From NCBI GenBank assembly GCA_012295275.1, contig CM022670.1:28272001-28336000 (forward strand): DNA of 64,000 bases, in the 5' to 3' direction. Below are positions 39,611 through 54,498 of the stretch, one piece after another (positions within the stretch are counted from its first letter, which is position 1; the number at the start of each line of letters is the position of its first letter). The translations under genes were made by a program, and so were the position numbers. Under the pieces are notes generated by a model. It was not told where the DNA came from. It saw nothing but the letters and a program-made list of their open reading frames with translations, and made no database searches. The DNA comes from Chrysomallon squamiferum. Taxonomy: Eukaryota > Animalia > Mollusca.

Positions 39611-42600
39611 AAAAAGAATTAAAAAAGAAAAAAAAAAAAGAAAAAAAGAGAGAGGATAAAATTCTGGGTTTTTTAATCCTTTTCCAGTACTTTACATTTC
39701 CAACTTTGAATATTATTGATTCTTTAAGCTTGCTCAAATGAGAAATTTCATTGATTGTAAATTTGCAATTTGATGGAAATGAGATATATATTGTTGTTTT
39801 CTTGACTTGCGAATTGCTCCATCTATTAATTGCCTCTCAGTGTCAAAGTTTTGGCAGAGTCTAACAGTTTATCCATTAGTGTGATTAGTTTTTCATGTCC
39901 CTTCAATTTGTTTTCTTTTTATTTGGCTATTTACTGTTGTTAATTTGACATTCAGGTAATTGAAATAGACAAATTGTGTTGAAGCACTTGTAATAATTTG
40001 CATAATTCTGGTAATGGTGTTATCCCAGAGATGTGCAATGTGCAAATACCAAGAAATTTGCCTCCTTTAATTTAAAGAGTTCCTTCATTAGACACTAATA
40101 TCTCTCTTAATTTATAAAAAAGAAATATGAAACCTTCTGCTGGCTTGATCGTTCTTCAGTAAACCCATTATCTATTTATCCATTCATCCATCCAACTAGG
40201 CATCCATCTATCCAGTTAAGTTCAAAGTTTAGCATTTAGACATGACTGCTTGCAAGATCAATTTTCCTTGATATCACTAGTCATTTTTCATTGTAGCTGT
40301 GTATATTTGGTTTATTAAATGCTATAAAATATATTTTCCTGTTTATGAAAAAAAAAAATACATAAAAGAATCTTTGTTGATAATTAACAAATATAATCCA
40401 TAAACTGGCAGCAAAATACTTTTTCTGTTGTTGTTGTATTTAAAAAATATTAAAAAACAAATTGCCAAAACTCAATCTATCTTTAAATTACATTTGACAT
40501 ACAGCAACTAAGTATTCAAAATATTTTACAGTATTACTAAAATTCTTTCTTTTATCTATATCCATTCATTCATTCATATGAACACATGACCTTTATGTGT
40601 GGAGAACATAAAGACAGTGGTTAGTGGTCTGTTCTGATTTTATGAGTACACCATTCATCTGACCATCTATTCCAAACATTTGACAATTACTACAGTTACA
40701 AACAGGGTGACAACATAAAACCACTACTAGAGTTACCAGTTTTACAAGGTACAGAGTTCAAATGTTGGTATCTAGTTTTATTAGCTACCAGAATATTTCA
40801 CAATGTAATGGTAATAAACTCAGATATGAAACTACAGCTAGCCATTATGAAGACAGACTTGTCTCAATGACAGAATTCATTTATAAACAGTTTTTAAACA
40901 CAGTTTGTAGTTTTATGTTACCTGTGACTGTTCTGCTGTGTAATAATGACAACTCAGATTCAGTTTATTACTACTAGATGAAAAAAACAACTAAACTTTA
41001 TTGTGTGGAAAACTCATGCAGATTATTTAATCTCTGGAGTAATAATCATGATAGATAACTGTTATATTTGCTTTGTAATTGATAGATAAAGGGATATTTT
41101 TTATTTGATGAAACTAATACTTTAATTATATTATGTTGTGACAAGGATATCATACTTTTAAATTATCTGGAGGTAATGTATGGTACACAGTAGACAGGTA
41201 TGAACTACAATTCAAAAAAATACCCTACTTTACCTCTCCTTTAATTCATTATAACTGTAATTTGTCGTCTCAGTTTAGCCTTGGGAAAAAAAACCTTCTC
41301 TTCTGATTCATGCATTAGCTAGAAATATTTAACATTGGATAACACTTATTCTGAATGTAGTCAGAATGTGAATTAATTTTAAAATTTTCACCATTCATCT
41401 CTATTTTACTTGAAAATGATGACAAGGAATATTTTCTTTCTTTCTTTCTTTCTTTTTTTTTTATTCCCCAGCTAGAACTGGAAATACAAGAATAAAAACT
41501 TGTGATCATTCAACACCAGTAGAATGCCAAACATTTGATACAAATTCTGTTACCCATTAAATACATATATTAATATGATTTTGAATGTGATTTTGTCTGC
41601 AGATATTTTTTAATTGATTTTTAGCAGAAAGTTTATCAGTGTATTTCTATTTTAAGGAGAAAGAAAAGAAAAGTTTCATGGGCAGTAAGTTGCAATAAGA
41701 AAAAAATGTGATGAACTGGTGAAAAGTGAAACTGCAATTATTCTCAAAACATCCGGCATCTTATATATCAAACCAGATAAATATAGCAGCTATTGCAACT
41801 AGTATAAATTACTTAAATTAGAGCCTAAATGGATGGCAAACTATTATGAGTAGAATTTTTTATGGAGGAGATGACCCTGGTGTAAATATTAATCATTCAT
41901 TGACAATGGAAGCACCTGGTTGGATTGTGTGAAAAACAGATCTACCTGGTTATCTATTGTCAGTCCACTTTCCACTTTATTTGATCAGGGAAATGGGACA
42001 GATATGTTTATTTATCTTACTGTGTACATGATATAGTCAGTGGAAAGGAGATTAGTAAACTAACTGTGTAAACATGAAGACTGTCACTGACTGGTCAGTA
42101 ATTGATTAATGTCCCTTTTCGTCCACTCTTTTGTCTGAAATGTTATTCCCACTGGGCATGTTGTTTATAGTTTTTTGAAGAGGTGATTAATTGCATGTCA
42201 TATGTAGCTATCTTGTTATAATTGTGACTAAAATTAATGTTTAAATTAAGCAGCAATTTCACTTGCTGTTTTTTTTCTGTCTCTATAGTAAGGTAAAATT
42301 TCATTTTTACATTTTCAGCTGAAATGTAGTTCTGATGGAAAAGTATTGATTAAGTAACTTTAAACTTTTGACAAAAAGACAAAGAGAGAGAGATAATTCT
42401 CAGTACAGTATGATGTTTCATAAGCTCTTTGATTTTTTTCTTCACTTTTATGGAAGATTAGAATTTCTCCATTTTCAAAATTTCATTATATTTTTTCTTC
42501 TCACACAATTCTGAAGTTGGAGATTAAAATCATTAGATGATTTATTGTAAAACTTTCATCTCATTTTAAAAATATTCTTCAATGGTAAATGTTTTTACAC

Positions 42601-44379
42601 AAGTAACAGTATAAGTTTAAATTTTTTTGTAAAATAAAAATATTTCATTTATATTTTAAAATAATTACATTTATGTAGCAGATAAAGTAACCAATGAAAA
42701 ATAATTTCTAATTAGTACTTATATAATTCACATTTTTAAGTGTGAAGAAAGAATTATTTTTATTATTTTTAATTTTATTTTTGGCAACATGATTGTCTCT
42801 GTTCTTAAACAGTTCTATTTCTGAAATAACCAATATTTATGAAATTTTACATATTAATTTATATGTTTCTTCTGAATAGAAAAACATAGTTTAAATAATA
42901 AAAAACTATTTATTGAATTTCACAAGCTAATTATTCTATTTTATGCCAGCATCGTATGACTGATTACAAAGAAGTGTTTTATGTTAGGGTGTGACTGTCT
43001 TATTAAATCTCACAGGGACATAATTTTCTTTTGTTTATGAAAAGAAACTATAAACAGCTATTTTACCACCTCTGATAAGTGGATTCTGTTCACTGAATTT
43101 GAGCACAATGAAACAGATGGCTCACTGATAGCCTTAAATTAAATAAATCATTGAGTAGGTAAGCCTTATACTGAAGTCCTTCCACTCCAAGTGTAACAGT
43201 GTGATCCCATTTCTGATACTATTGAATGTTCTATGTGTGGGTTTATCACACAGTGTACAAAAAATAAAAAATATAAAAATATATAAAAATACTTCACATC
43301 TTTTATCAGACACCTGACAAAGAGAGCAAACATCTAAAACCACTTTAAGTATAAAAAAAAGTATATGTTATGAATATACCTTATATCAATCAGATTTAAT
43401 AAGACATGTCTAAAGAACATCAAGTGTATTTCTGCTACAATAAACAAGCTGATTTTGTAAACCATTGTGATGTTCGTTCAACCGTGTTTTAGTTTGAAGA
43501 GCATCAAAATTAGATTTTATTTTATAGTTATGAAATAACTGGGAGCAGCCTCACAGGGTGGGGGAGAGATTCCTGTTTTGACACTCTACTATTAGATTAT
43601 ATTTTATTATTATTATTATTATTGTTGTTCTTATTGTGTTTAAATCTTTTAATTTTCAGTATCATTAAAAAACCTTTATAAAATTCTCTTCAGTTAAATA
43701 TTTTTTTCTTTTCTTTTTAACTGAACTGTAAAGTTCAAAATATATTTTTATTCATCAAACATACACAGAAAAAAGAAGAAAGTTTATTCCTTTCAGATCT
43801 GAACATCTGCTTGCTATTTTATTAGTCACGTTTTAAATTTGCCTAAAGCTGCACATAAAAGTGTGTATCTGGTGTGAATGTTTATTAATTTGACTGTATT
43901 TTCCAAAAGTTTATTTGATTAAAATTAATAATAGTAGCTGAAGTCATGTGTATGTCCTCAAAGTTATAAATCATAGTATTGATATACACAATGATTTAAA
44001 AAATATTTCATTATTATTTTAGCTTTTAGAAACAATCTTATACTGATAAAATTTTAATATTCATACATGTTTTTTTTTAAAACTGTTCTCAACTTGTAAA
44101 AACATATTTCATATACTTAGTTGCATCTTACAAATAAATCATATTATCTTATATACATAATAATTAAAAAAAAGCACACATAAATCCCTGTTACCACAAA
44201 GAACTAAATTTTTGTATTGTTCATAAAAACCCATTTTTCAAATAGGGTTCTTACAGATAAAGCTATGTATCTAATTTTTTGATATTTGTATTATTTTTTT
44301 AAATCAGATTACTTGGAATGTGGTAAACACACAGAATATTAACACATTTGTGTTTGTATAGTTGTCTGTGTGTACTTTC

Positions 44380-44722
44380 TTCACGAGATCCGTTAGCAGG
44401 GGTCATGAGATCACTTGCAATTTTCAAATGAAATTCATGATTTTTCGTTATCATTTGATTTGTTTTGACTCACTGTCGAGAGGTGCTGTCGAGAATGGAG
44501 TAAATTGATGTTTTGTCGATGTGCCAGTCATATATTTCTCAGATTAATATTGCTTCCTGCGAGCAAAAATCTGCAAAAATCTGCAAAAATCTCCCATTGA
44601 TTTCTTGATACATGATGGCGTGTTGCTAGATGATATCACAACTGCCAATTAATATCACAGTATTCTTCATGATGAAAATGCTAATTATAAGCCATTAAGT
44701 GGCATTAGCATACTTGCATAAT
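44380..44722. promoter_or_regulatory. Candidate cis-regulatory block (CpG-retaining)
   Basis: 8 CpGs in 44380-44620; direct repeats TCA(C/T)GAGATC x2, CTGTCGAGA x2 and GCAAAAATCT x3; TGACTCA; TAAT/TAAGTG homeodomain-like motifs near 44680-44705. Confidence 0.35.
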
Positions 44723-45194
44723 TTTTATTTCTTTTTCTATTTTTTGTCAGAATTTTTGACACTGCCAAAAGTTAAGGTGATCCTGTTTTCATAAAAGTCA
44801 GAGTGATTTTAATGCCGAATGAATAATGTATAATTTATATTTTATTTGAATTTATTTTTGTAAAGCTTTTAAATTTTAATTATCAACCATAATGTCAATT
44901 AACACGCTGAAATAATGTATCCTTTTTTGCAATTCTTTTTTTATTATTATTGTTATTAATTATTAGTAGTAGTAGTAGTAGTAGTTTTAGTAGTAGTAAT
45001 ATTACTGATATATATATAAATCTGTGTGTGTGTGTGTGTGTTTTATTATTATTATTAGTATTATTATTTCGGCCTATTATTTCTAAAAACTTAAGAAAAA
45101 TATAATAATAATTTGAAAAAACATACAGAGACTATTTTTATTTATTCCAAGGAAAATTGTGTAAATGAAAAATATGAAATGTCAGCAGTGAGAA

Positions 45195-45279
45195 ATGTAT
45201 ATTACTAATAAGACATAATGATGTATATTACTAATAAGACATAATGATGTATATTACTAATAAGACATAATAATGTATA
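45195..45279. repeat. 26-bp minisatellite, 3.3 near-perfect copies
   Basis: ATGTATATTACTAATAAGACATAATG at 45195 and 45221, a one-mismatch copy at 45247, partial at 45273. Confidence 0.97.
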
Positions 45280-46059
45280 GATATCATATATATGATGTAT
45301 ATTATGGGTGATATGTTATCTATTCTTTACAGTTAACTATGGACACAAATATCATAAATTACTTGTGCAAGGCAATTTATGTGTTAAGAAGTAATTTGTA
45401 AGTTTACAGAAACCAATATTTACCATGTGTAATAAAAAAAAAAACCTCTATATTTTACAAGAGCAGTAATAGAAAAAAAGAAGAAAAAACCCCCAAACAA
45501 CCCAACCCCCCCAAAACAAATCAACAACATCTATTATACAAATAAATACCAATATATTTATTGTTTCTAATAAAACAGCATGGACTTGCCCAAAAACAAA
45601 GGCTTACTATGCATGATAAAAATTTATATTTACCATGTATAATAAAAAGTGTATTTACCATGTATAATTAAAAGATATTTATATTCTATGATTATGTCAG
45701 TTACAGCTCTGCGTCAAATTATTTAGATTTCTATGACAAAACAGACTTTATTAAATTTATTTATACATCTATATGCTTAATCATTAAGTATATTGTAATT
45801 AATTATGGTAATATAAGTTTTAAATTTTTATGATTTTGTATGCATAAGTGGATTTATAAGCTTAGCCAACGTACATAAACATGTAAATAGATAAATAAAG
45901 ATTAACAGATAGACTGATGCACAAACAGATACTGATAAAATAATGGATATTTATATTGCTGACAAGAAACTAAATTTGATGCACACCCACCCACACATAT
46001 TTCCTAGCAAATTATTAAGATAAACTCTAAATATTTGATAAAAGTCATCTGTGTAGTAC

Positions 46060-46473
46060 CTGATTATTTATAACAAAGTTTGAAATTCTACATGAGATAT
46101 TTATTTTAACTGCATGTATGTACCTTTAAACTATATTTTAAATCATACATGTATGGTTTATTTTCATTATAACTACTTAGAACAAAGGTAAGACGGCTTT
46201 GGTTATACTTCTTTTAACTGCATATATTTTTATTATTTAAATGTTTATTACAAAATGTGAGATCACATATGTTATATTTATTGTAATTACATGAATATAT
46301 ATTTTGTTTTAACAAAGGATGAGATCACTCATTTAGTATTTAATTTAATTACATGAATTTACGTTTAATTTAACTATTTATAACAAAGTGTGAGATCACA
46401 TATGTAATATTTATTGTAATTATATAAATTTATAATATTTGTTTTAACTATTTATAACTAAGGATGAGGTCAT
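46060..46473. repeat. Degenerate ~60-75-bp tandem array
   Basis: ACAAAG..TGAGATCAC...TATTTATTGTAATTA-like units near 46071, 46250, 46311, 46381 and 46455. Confidence 0.8.
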
Positions 46474-46739
46474 AGTATCTGACATGGCAGAGATGTACTG
46501 ACACATTGTCTCCCTACACTGCACACTGTAATCTTCCAAGTGTAAAATTCAGACAAATTAAAAATCAATATTTATTGTCACTCAATGAGATACAGTTTAG
46601 GTTCTAGTTCAGTGGATTCCTATTTCTAAAGACTTCATCTCCGATTACCATCTGGTGTCATAATGTGTCCCCAACGGTAACTTCCCTGATGAAATCTTTT
46701 CTTAGAAGTCAAATGTAGGTTTAAAAATAGCTTTTTTCC

Positions 46740-47285
46740 TCATTGCTAAATACAGATTTTATAGATTTATTTTCAACTTTTTTTTTTTTTTTTAAACCAA
46801 TATAAACCTTTGGTAGATCTACTGATATTTTAATGTGATCAGTTTTTTTTATATCATTTTTTTTTCTACCCTTGTTTTCAAACACTTTTAGGAAAAAAGT
46901 TTTTAAAATATATTTTGAAGCTATTTTATGTAAATCCTTTGCTAAATAAAACATAGATCTTTATTACTGATATTTTTCTTTTAAAAATATTTCTTCCCTT
47001 TGTTAAATACATATGTGCTTTTACATTTAAGTTGAGTGTTTTATCTTCTAAATGTTTTTATTTTTTTACATTTAGACTTTGCTAAATGTAGATGTATTTT
47101 TGATTTGATGTAGACATCGTTCTATAAAACCATTTTCGCTCTCTTATTAAATGCATGTGTACGGACTGAACTTGCTTTTTTAGCAAACCTTTTCTATAAC
47201 ATTTGCTAAATACAGATACAGAGATTTTTGGTAATGATATGTTAATGTTTAGAGCCTTTATTCTTATTGTTAAATTACAGAATTA
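46740..47285. repeat. Decayed tandem array (~65-bp unit)
   Basis: TTG(C/T)TAAAT motif near 46743, 46939, 47000, 47079 and 47204. Confidence 0.5.
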
Positions 47286-48544
47286 ATTTGATATATTTTG
47301 AAATTAAAAAAAGAGATAAAAACACAACAAAACAAAATGTTTTGCCAAATGTTTGATGAGAAGCACTGCTGGATAAAGACATTTATTTTGTTCTGAAACA
47401 TTTCTTTTTTCACAGACTTTTTAAATTACTGTTAATATACAACATAATCAAAATATAAGATATTGTTATTAGAAAAGAATATTTAACATTCCATTTTTCA
47501 AATTATTTCCAGAAAATGTACATGACACCACATACCAAACTATATTAATATATTAATAATAATATAGAGACTAAAGTGATAAGAACAAATATCGTTTAAA
47601 TTACTAAATAAAAAAAAAAAAAAAAAACAATTAAATATTAATAATTTAAACTGACATAAACTGCTACATTACTAAGAAAACAACAACAACAGCAAAACAG
47701 TCAATGACAGAAATCATGTCTAAGATTTTAACATTCCATTTTTAACTCAGACAGACAAAAAGTGTATTTTTGTGTCAGCAGCCATAAAAACCAAAGCCAC
47801 ATAATGCAAAAAGAAGAAATAAGGGGGAAAGATGAAGAGAGAAAAGAAGGTGTAATATTTCATGGTATTCTTGGTTTCACACATAACACAATAAATCAGA
47901 AGCAACGAATGTGACAGTGAGACTGATCGCAGTGTACAGAAATATGATTTGAACGTTTTCGTGATGCATGACAAAAACAAATATTACACACACATACCAT
48001 TAGTGTTAACATGACATCACCCAAAATTTACTTACTTAGTTAATATCAGAGATCATCAAAGTATACTGCCTTAGATAAGACTAGAGACCTTGAAAATATA
48101 CCAACTGGAGATTGTCATAATATAATGACTTAGATAAGTCTGGATATCATCGAAGAATACTGACTTGTTGAATTACAAAACTAATAGATTTAGTACAAGC
48201 ATATAATGTTAGATTCAATAAATTAAAGGCATTTGTTCTTGAAAAACCAGTAAAGAAGTTACTGTAAAAGAAATCAATAAATTAAAGATAGATATTCATA
48301 GAATCTATAAATTAAAAGGCTCCAAAGCATCCATAAGTCAAAATACATATATGCAATTTTTGCACATGTACATACTCATTCAAAACATACACACAAACAT
48401 ACAAACATAAAAACAAATACATGCATCCAAAATACACACAAAAACAGCTGCATCACTCTAAGGCCTTGCTACTAAGTCACAAAGAAGCAGTGAAGCAAAG
48501 CAAGCAATATAAAATGAAATCAATTGCTTTCTGTTGCTGTTGAT

Positions 48545-48616
48545 GCTGCGTGTCACATCACGTGCTGAGTTGACAGCCGTAGTGCACGTGCTGTCTTACA
48601 AAGAGACTCGGTAATG
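48545..48616. promoter_or_regulatory. Paired E-box (CACGTG) cluster
   Basis: CACGTGCTG at 48559 and 48585, GCGTG at 48548, TGACAG at 48571; 5 CpGs in about 70 bp. Confidence 0.4.
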
Positions 48617-51130
48617 ATTTTTTATGACTAATATTACTACTCTAACAATGCCTAAACACTAACAGACAATATTCTTTTGAAAACCTCAGCATGAACTGTT
48701 TTTTCCCCATATTTACAAGGTTCAGGGAGCCCATTGATGTGTTCTAGGCATTTTCATCCGTGTTGTTAGGCAACAAGAGGAAACTGGTTTTAATCAGTTA
48801 ACATTGTGTTCAGAATGATCTACATTTCAAACAAAATTATTATTTTTATTGCACACACACCCTATGATTGCTGTTGTCCATGGCTAGTGTAAATAATTGT
48901 TCATGTCCGCTCGTGGACTTTTGTATATTTCTCTTGCAGTTTTATTGTCACCATTGTGCTAGATAGGAAATACTTGCTTTTAAATAACATCTTTAGTGGA
49001 CATTTTGTCATCATTATTACTTCACGGACTAACATTTCTATTATTATAATGGATTTTTATTAATGTATTATGAGACTTTTCATTTTTCATGAGCATTATT
49101 ATTGCTATCATTATTGTCATTATTATAGAGAATAACTTTTATTAGTTACTCTATTGTTAGATTGTTTTCATTTGCAATAATTCTGATCAGCATTATTACT
49201 GTTACATTATTATTATTATTATTACTCTCATTTTTACAGCACACCACTACTACTACTATTAGTAGTATATTACTACTACTATTACTGTTACCAAAACATC
49301 ATTTATTTATTGTTATCATTATAAAGTTAACAAAAAGCAAGTCCAATTGTCATATTTATTCCTAAATAATTACAACATTATGTTTTTAATGAATTTGCAT
49401 ATCATTTATAAGAACTTCATTAAAAATACAATCTGAGTTGACAAGCCATGTAGCTGCAATAATAATGCAGCCTGTTACAAAGAAATTTATAATGAGAAAA
49501 ATGTAAATTGTGAGACATAATAACAATAGGTTCTTTCTCCCATTTCCTTCCTCTCTCTGAGGTTTTAAATAGCTAGTAATAACTATCCTTTCTGTTCTAT
49601 AATGCTGTTTAAATTGTCAGAGTATTTAAATAACAGTTTTAAGCTGACCAGATGGCTTCTAATAGCACATAATAATACAAAATAGTACTGAAAATGACTA
49701 AATTTTTAAATTGTCCTCAAGTGTGTAGTGCATTTCAAGTAAATGTTCACACCACACATGTTATTTAAATAATGAAATCAATTAAAAAATTTAAAATTGC
49801 ATTAATACATATTTTTTTTGTATTTTTATAAACTTTGCAGTATTCTTTTTATTATTATTAATATTATTGGCTATTTCCCATTCCAAAAATGCTCCAAGAC
49901 TTTTTATGAATTTACCACCCTTACTGTTGCATATATATATTAATATTATTATTATATTCATTACTGTTTTTGTTACTGGTTCTTTGACATCTTGTGTTGT
50001 TTTTATTCTTGTTCTACATTCTTGCAAGATGGTGGAACTTCCTAACCTTTATATCTATACTGACTCACATGAAGTGAACGGGATCATTGGATAGGATCCA
50101 GCAATAGTTGTTATCATAGTGTCACAAACACATGTCACTTGATAAAAAGCTGCAGAATCTCTGCCATTTACAGGGATTGGCCAGGGAGATTCCTTTGGTG
50201 CAGGGTTGTTTGTGTTAAAGTTTAATCAACTTGAGCCACATTTATCAGTTGTGATAGAAAGAGGCAAACCAGCAGCATGAATAACTGACAGAATACTGAA
50301 CATGCAGAGATTATTATTTTTAAAAATAAATAAATAAGATTATTTATTTTTGTTTTGAACATGACCTTGAAATGGAAGATAAGAAAGAAGCTTTATTCTG
50401 TTTATTTTTTTATCTAAGTTTGGATTTTAAAAGCTAGTAATATACATTCTTTTTATTTAATTTTTATTTAATTTTTTTTTTTTTTTTTTTGGGGAATGGG
50501 ATGAAATTACTTAAAAATACATTTAACCAATTTCTACAAATACCTTAAAAAATTAATTTGTTTCACTCTCTCTTTTTTCCTTTCATGTTTTGTTTTTCTT
50601 TCTGCTTTATTTTCTTTTTCTTCTTTTCTTCATCTGACAGAATAGAAAGAAGTAAACACAATGACAGTGACAGAGAGGAAAACAGTTAATTACTATTTCA
50701 TTGTCATGTTTTCCACAGTTTTCCCTTATAATGTCTCATGTGGCTTTGATCTGCTGTGAGGTCTGTACTCTTCAGACCTCCCTTTGGAAACTTCTGTGTC
50801 TGCTGCTTCTTCAGTTCTGCGTCTGCTACAAGTTAAAAAAAAAACACAACCGAAAACACACAGCTGCAGTAGTTGACTTTTCATCACATATCAACATTGA
50901 TGCTAACACTTCATGGTTTTTGGCACTTTATTTGTCAAACCTTGTGCATCAGTTTCAAGTCTTTAAAAAAAGCAATTCTCTTTTTTTCTGTTCTATTTTC
51001 TTTCATTTCGAATCTGTGAATTGAGAAACTAATGTATCTTCTACAATGCTGTTAAGCAAATGTATTGGATTTTGGCCTTTTCACTGAAAGATAACTAATT
51101 TCCTTTTAACAACTCAGCTATTTTTCTTCT

Positions 51131-51162
<32 letters not shown>

Positions 51163-51740
51163 CTTTTATATACTCTGTTATTTTTTTCATTTTATATTTC
51201 TAGTCTTTGGTTGTTAGTTTTTCTTTTAAAAAGTAAGAATAGAGATTTAAAATTAAATTTTTTTTTTGTCATCTTTACTGAAACATAACTAATTTCCTAC
51301 CAAATGTCAATCTTTTTTATATTTTTTATTTTGACATTATTACCTAGACATCTTTATTGCATTTTTACAAACCTTCTTCTTTTTAAAAAAATTTTTTGTG
51401 AAATGTAAATAATAAGATTAATAGTTAATCTGTTTTGCAGATGCAAAAATTTGTTTATTTTGCTTGAAATTTCATATTAAATGTATAATTCACAAAGATT
51501 AAAATCATTATATTAACATTCCATGTATCTAAAATTACATTTGATATTGTTTTTCATTTGAATAATTCTCAAATTTTGATGAAAACAATTTGGCATTCTT
51601 TACTTTGAAAATCAGTATTATATTTGCCTTCTAGAATTTATCTTCAGTCTGGTTTATATACAGTTGTTTATTATTCAGTATTCCACAATCTTAAAAACAG
51701 TATTTGTCATTCTTTATAAATACATACATAGACATACAAA

Positions 51741-51780
<40 letters not shown>

Positions 51781-52856
51781 GTGCGTGCACACATGGATTT
51801 TGTTTTGGGTATATTGGATAGAATTGCTTGATATAAAAATTAATCATTTTAATAAACAAATATCAGAATAATAATGAATTTCTAACAATCATTGTCTATC
51901 CACCTGATTCTAAAAAAGGCTAATTTCATCTCATATATTCAGATTCCACATTATTAGAAAATGTCAACAGATGGATGCAAATTGAATCAGTATTGTTTAT
52001 AATGACTAGACACTAGGGTAATTCAAAAAGTGGTAATCTTGTGGAATTAAGTGACACATCTGTTAGATGAATAATGACCATCCTGTTTGTCTGGTTCTAT
52101 TTATAATTTAACAATTTCTTTGAGAAAGTTTTATTGATTGAAAACATTCTATTGCACAGAGAGTAAAAGGATCAGACAAAAGTATTTAATTTTCCTTCAG
52201 AAGGAAAAAAAATGAATTGATTCACATTTTAATAATATTTGGTATATGGATTTTTAATTGATTTTTTAAAATAAATTTCTAAAAAGCTTTGCAGTCATTT
52301 TTGACAATAAATAACAAACAGTTTTTCCTGGCTTTCACTCAATCATCACACATTTTATTATTATCTACCCAGAGACACTAAAACTAAACCTTTAATAAGT
52401 AAATCATAAGGTTTTTGTTGGAATGGGAAATAGCCAGTGTGATGATTGATGTAACTTGACACTGGATTGCTCTAACAATATTTAATCTTTATCTGATAAT
52501 GACCAGTTCACACCAATTTAATCTTAAGTCTGCCTTGAAAAATTTATAACCCTTTATACAGAATTGCCACAATTCTTTGTAATAACTCATACCCATAGCT
52601 AATTAAAAACAACCTATCTTTATTGCATACTCTGTACACTGGTTTTATGACATTTTTCATGTATAATCTATCTCAGGTCTTTGTGTATCAGCTGACCATT
52701 TTTATGGGTCTGTTCAGAGCTGTAATATTATATGGCTGCTTTCAGAATGCGAGAGCTCTTAGAACATGAGACTACATAAAAGAAAGGGGCTGAAGTCCTG
52801 TGATGTTTATAGTTAGCAATGTCAAGATATGTCCAGCAATGCCTCTTTGCTTAATA

Positions 52857-53197
52857 TCCAGCTGTGTGGGTGGTCACTTTTCTCTCCCCATTCTATAATG
52901 GTTGCATTTCTTTCTTCGTCCATTGTGGTCAGTTTATTTTCACAACTTTGTAGAGGTAGTTTTTTCTCCACAATTCGATCAGGGTCACTTTTCTTACAAC
53001 ATCCATTTTTGACAGTTTACTTCCACCATCCTGTAGTGGTAATTTTTGTTCTCATCCTCAGATTTCTTCCTTTGTCTGTGGTGACCAGTTTTTTGTTGGG
53101 TTTTTTGCCACTCTTTGGTGGACATTTTATTATCACAATCCAGTCATGGTCAGATTTCCTTCACTACACTGTAATGGTCAGTTGGTCTTCACCATAA
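52857..53197. repeat. Decayed ~28-30-bp minisatellite
   Basis: Recurrent (G/A)TGGTCA(G/C)TTT...TCAC(C/A)A units; underlies ORF 52829..53197. Confidence 0.6.
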
Positions 53198-54445
53198 TGT
53201 CCAGCTGGCTCTCATGTCCTTGCCAGTGGTGTTAGGTAATGGTTTGAGTTTGAGTTTAGGTTTGTTCTTTGATGAACACAGTTTATATGATGGCAGAAAT
53301 TAGCTGTTGGTGTGTAACTGTTAATCTGGGTTGTCCACTCTTTGAAGTGCTAACTGGCCACTGTGAAGATTTGTGTGTGGATCAAGACATCTGAAGTTAT
53401 TATCTGACAACCTGCTTATCATGTTTATTTATTCAGCTGCTTCATTTGACCTTCTGTCTGGAACACTAAAATAAGATTCTTGTTTTTTCCTGTTGTGGAA
53501 GACTGGTGGAATTATTTTGCTTTGTATGCTGGTTTAAAATGTGCATGAAAATCACCCCGTGTGCATGAAAATCACATGATATACATATCTATATATTTAC
53601 ATACTAGTACATACTCATCACTAAAGATAATCAGTGACAAAACAAACACTCACACACACACACATACACACACTCACACACACACAGTCATTGACTACCA
53701 AATATAAGGAAGCATCAATTCTGACACTTTCTTTTTATTTATTATAATCATGAACTTTTATGTAATAGATTCACTGCAGACTATCTTTTCCTAACTTGTT
53801 TTTAAAAAAATTAAAAAAAAATCTTATTACAACTGACACAGTTTAATGACTAGTTTCAGATAACTTTGCTTAGTCATCTACCAATTCTGTGTTTTTTCAC
53901 TACACAAATTACAAATCTGAACGACCTGAACAAGATTCACTTGCTATTTTGTTGTTTTTTTCAAGTTATGCCACTTTAATGGATTCCATCTGCTGTCATT
54001 TGTCTGCTCTAAATGGCGTTTATACTTTCAAAGCTCTTACACTTAAAAGTCTACCTAGTTTTTACTACCAATGGTCCTGTAGAAATGTAAACTTTCGAGC
54101 TGCCAAATGTTTCATACTCACAATAAAAACAGCATGGCAGTAAAAGTGCCAAAACCTTGTTTCCCTTGATGTGCCCTTCGTGGGACAATAAAAGATACTG
54201 TGAATATTTCTGTGTCTGTGTTTATGTATGGATATGTGTATGTGTATTTGTGTATCTGTGTATGTGTTTGTGTTTATCCATTATCTTTATATATCTATGT
54301 ATGTCCATTTCAATAGTTATGTGTATATATGTATGAATACATGCATGTGTGTGTTTTTTGTGTAGATGGATGTGCATATAAGTCTATATGTGTATATGTG
54401 TGAATATTTGTGTATGTGTGTGTGTATGTATGTATGTGTGTATGT

Positions 54446-54498
54446 GTATGTATGTATGTATGTATGTATGTATGTATGTATGTATGTATGTATGTATG
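54446..54498. repeat. (TATG)n microsatellite in a larger TG/TA-rich tract
   Basis: Pure tetranucleotide run. Confidence 0.97.

Noticed and set aside
46686-46712. CTGATGA as a hammerhead ribozyme core (also near 14395, 34013, and minus strand near 10088 and 28783)
   Set aside because: No stem II followed by GAAA and stem III in any case.
50570-50690. Strong polypyrimidine tract and CAG followed by IERSKHNDSDREENS
   Set aside because: No donor before the stop codon, and T-rich tracts are ubiquitous here.
53496-53520. TGGAAGACTGGTG resembling miR-7
   Set aside because: It diverges after the seed region and I see no precursor hairpin.
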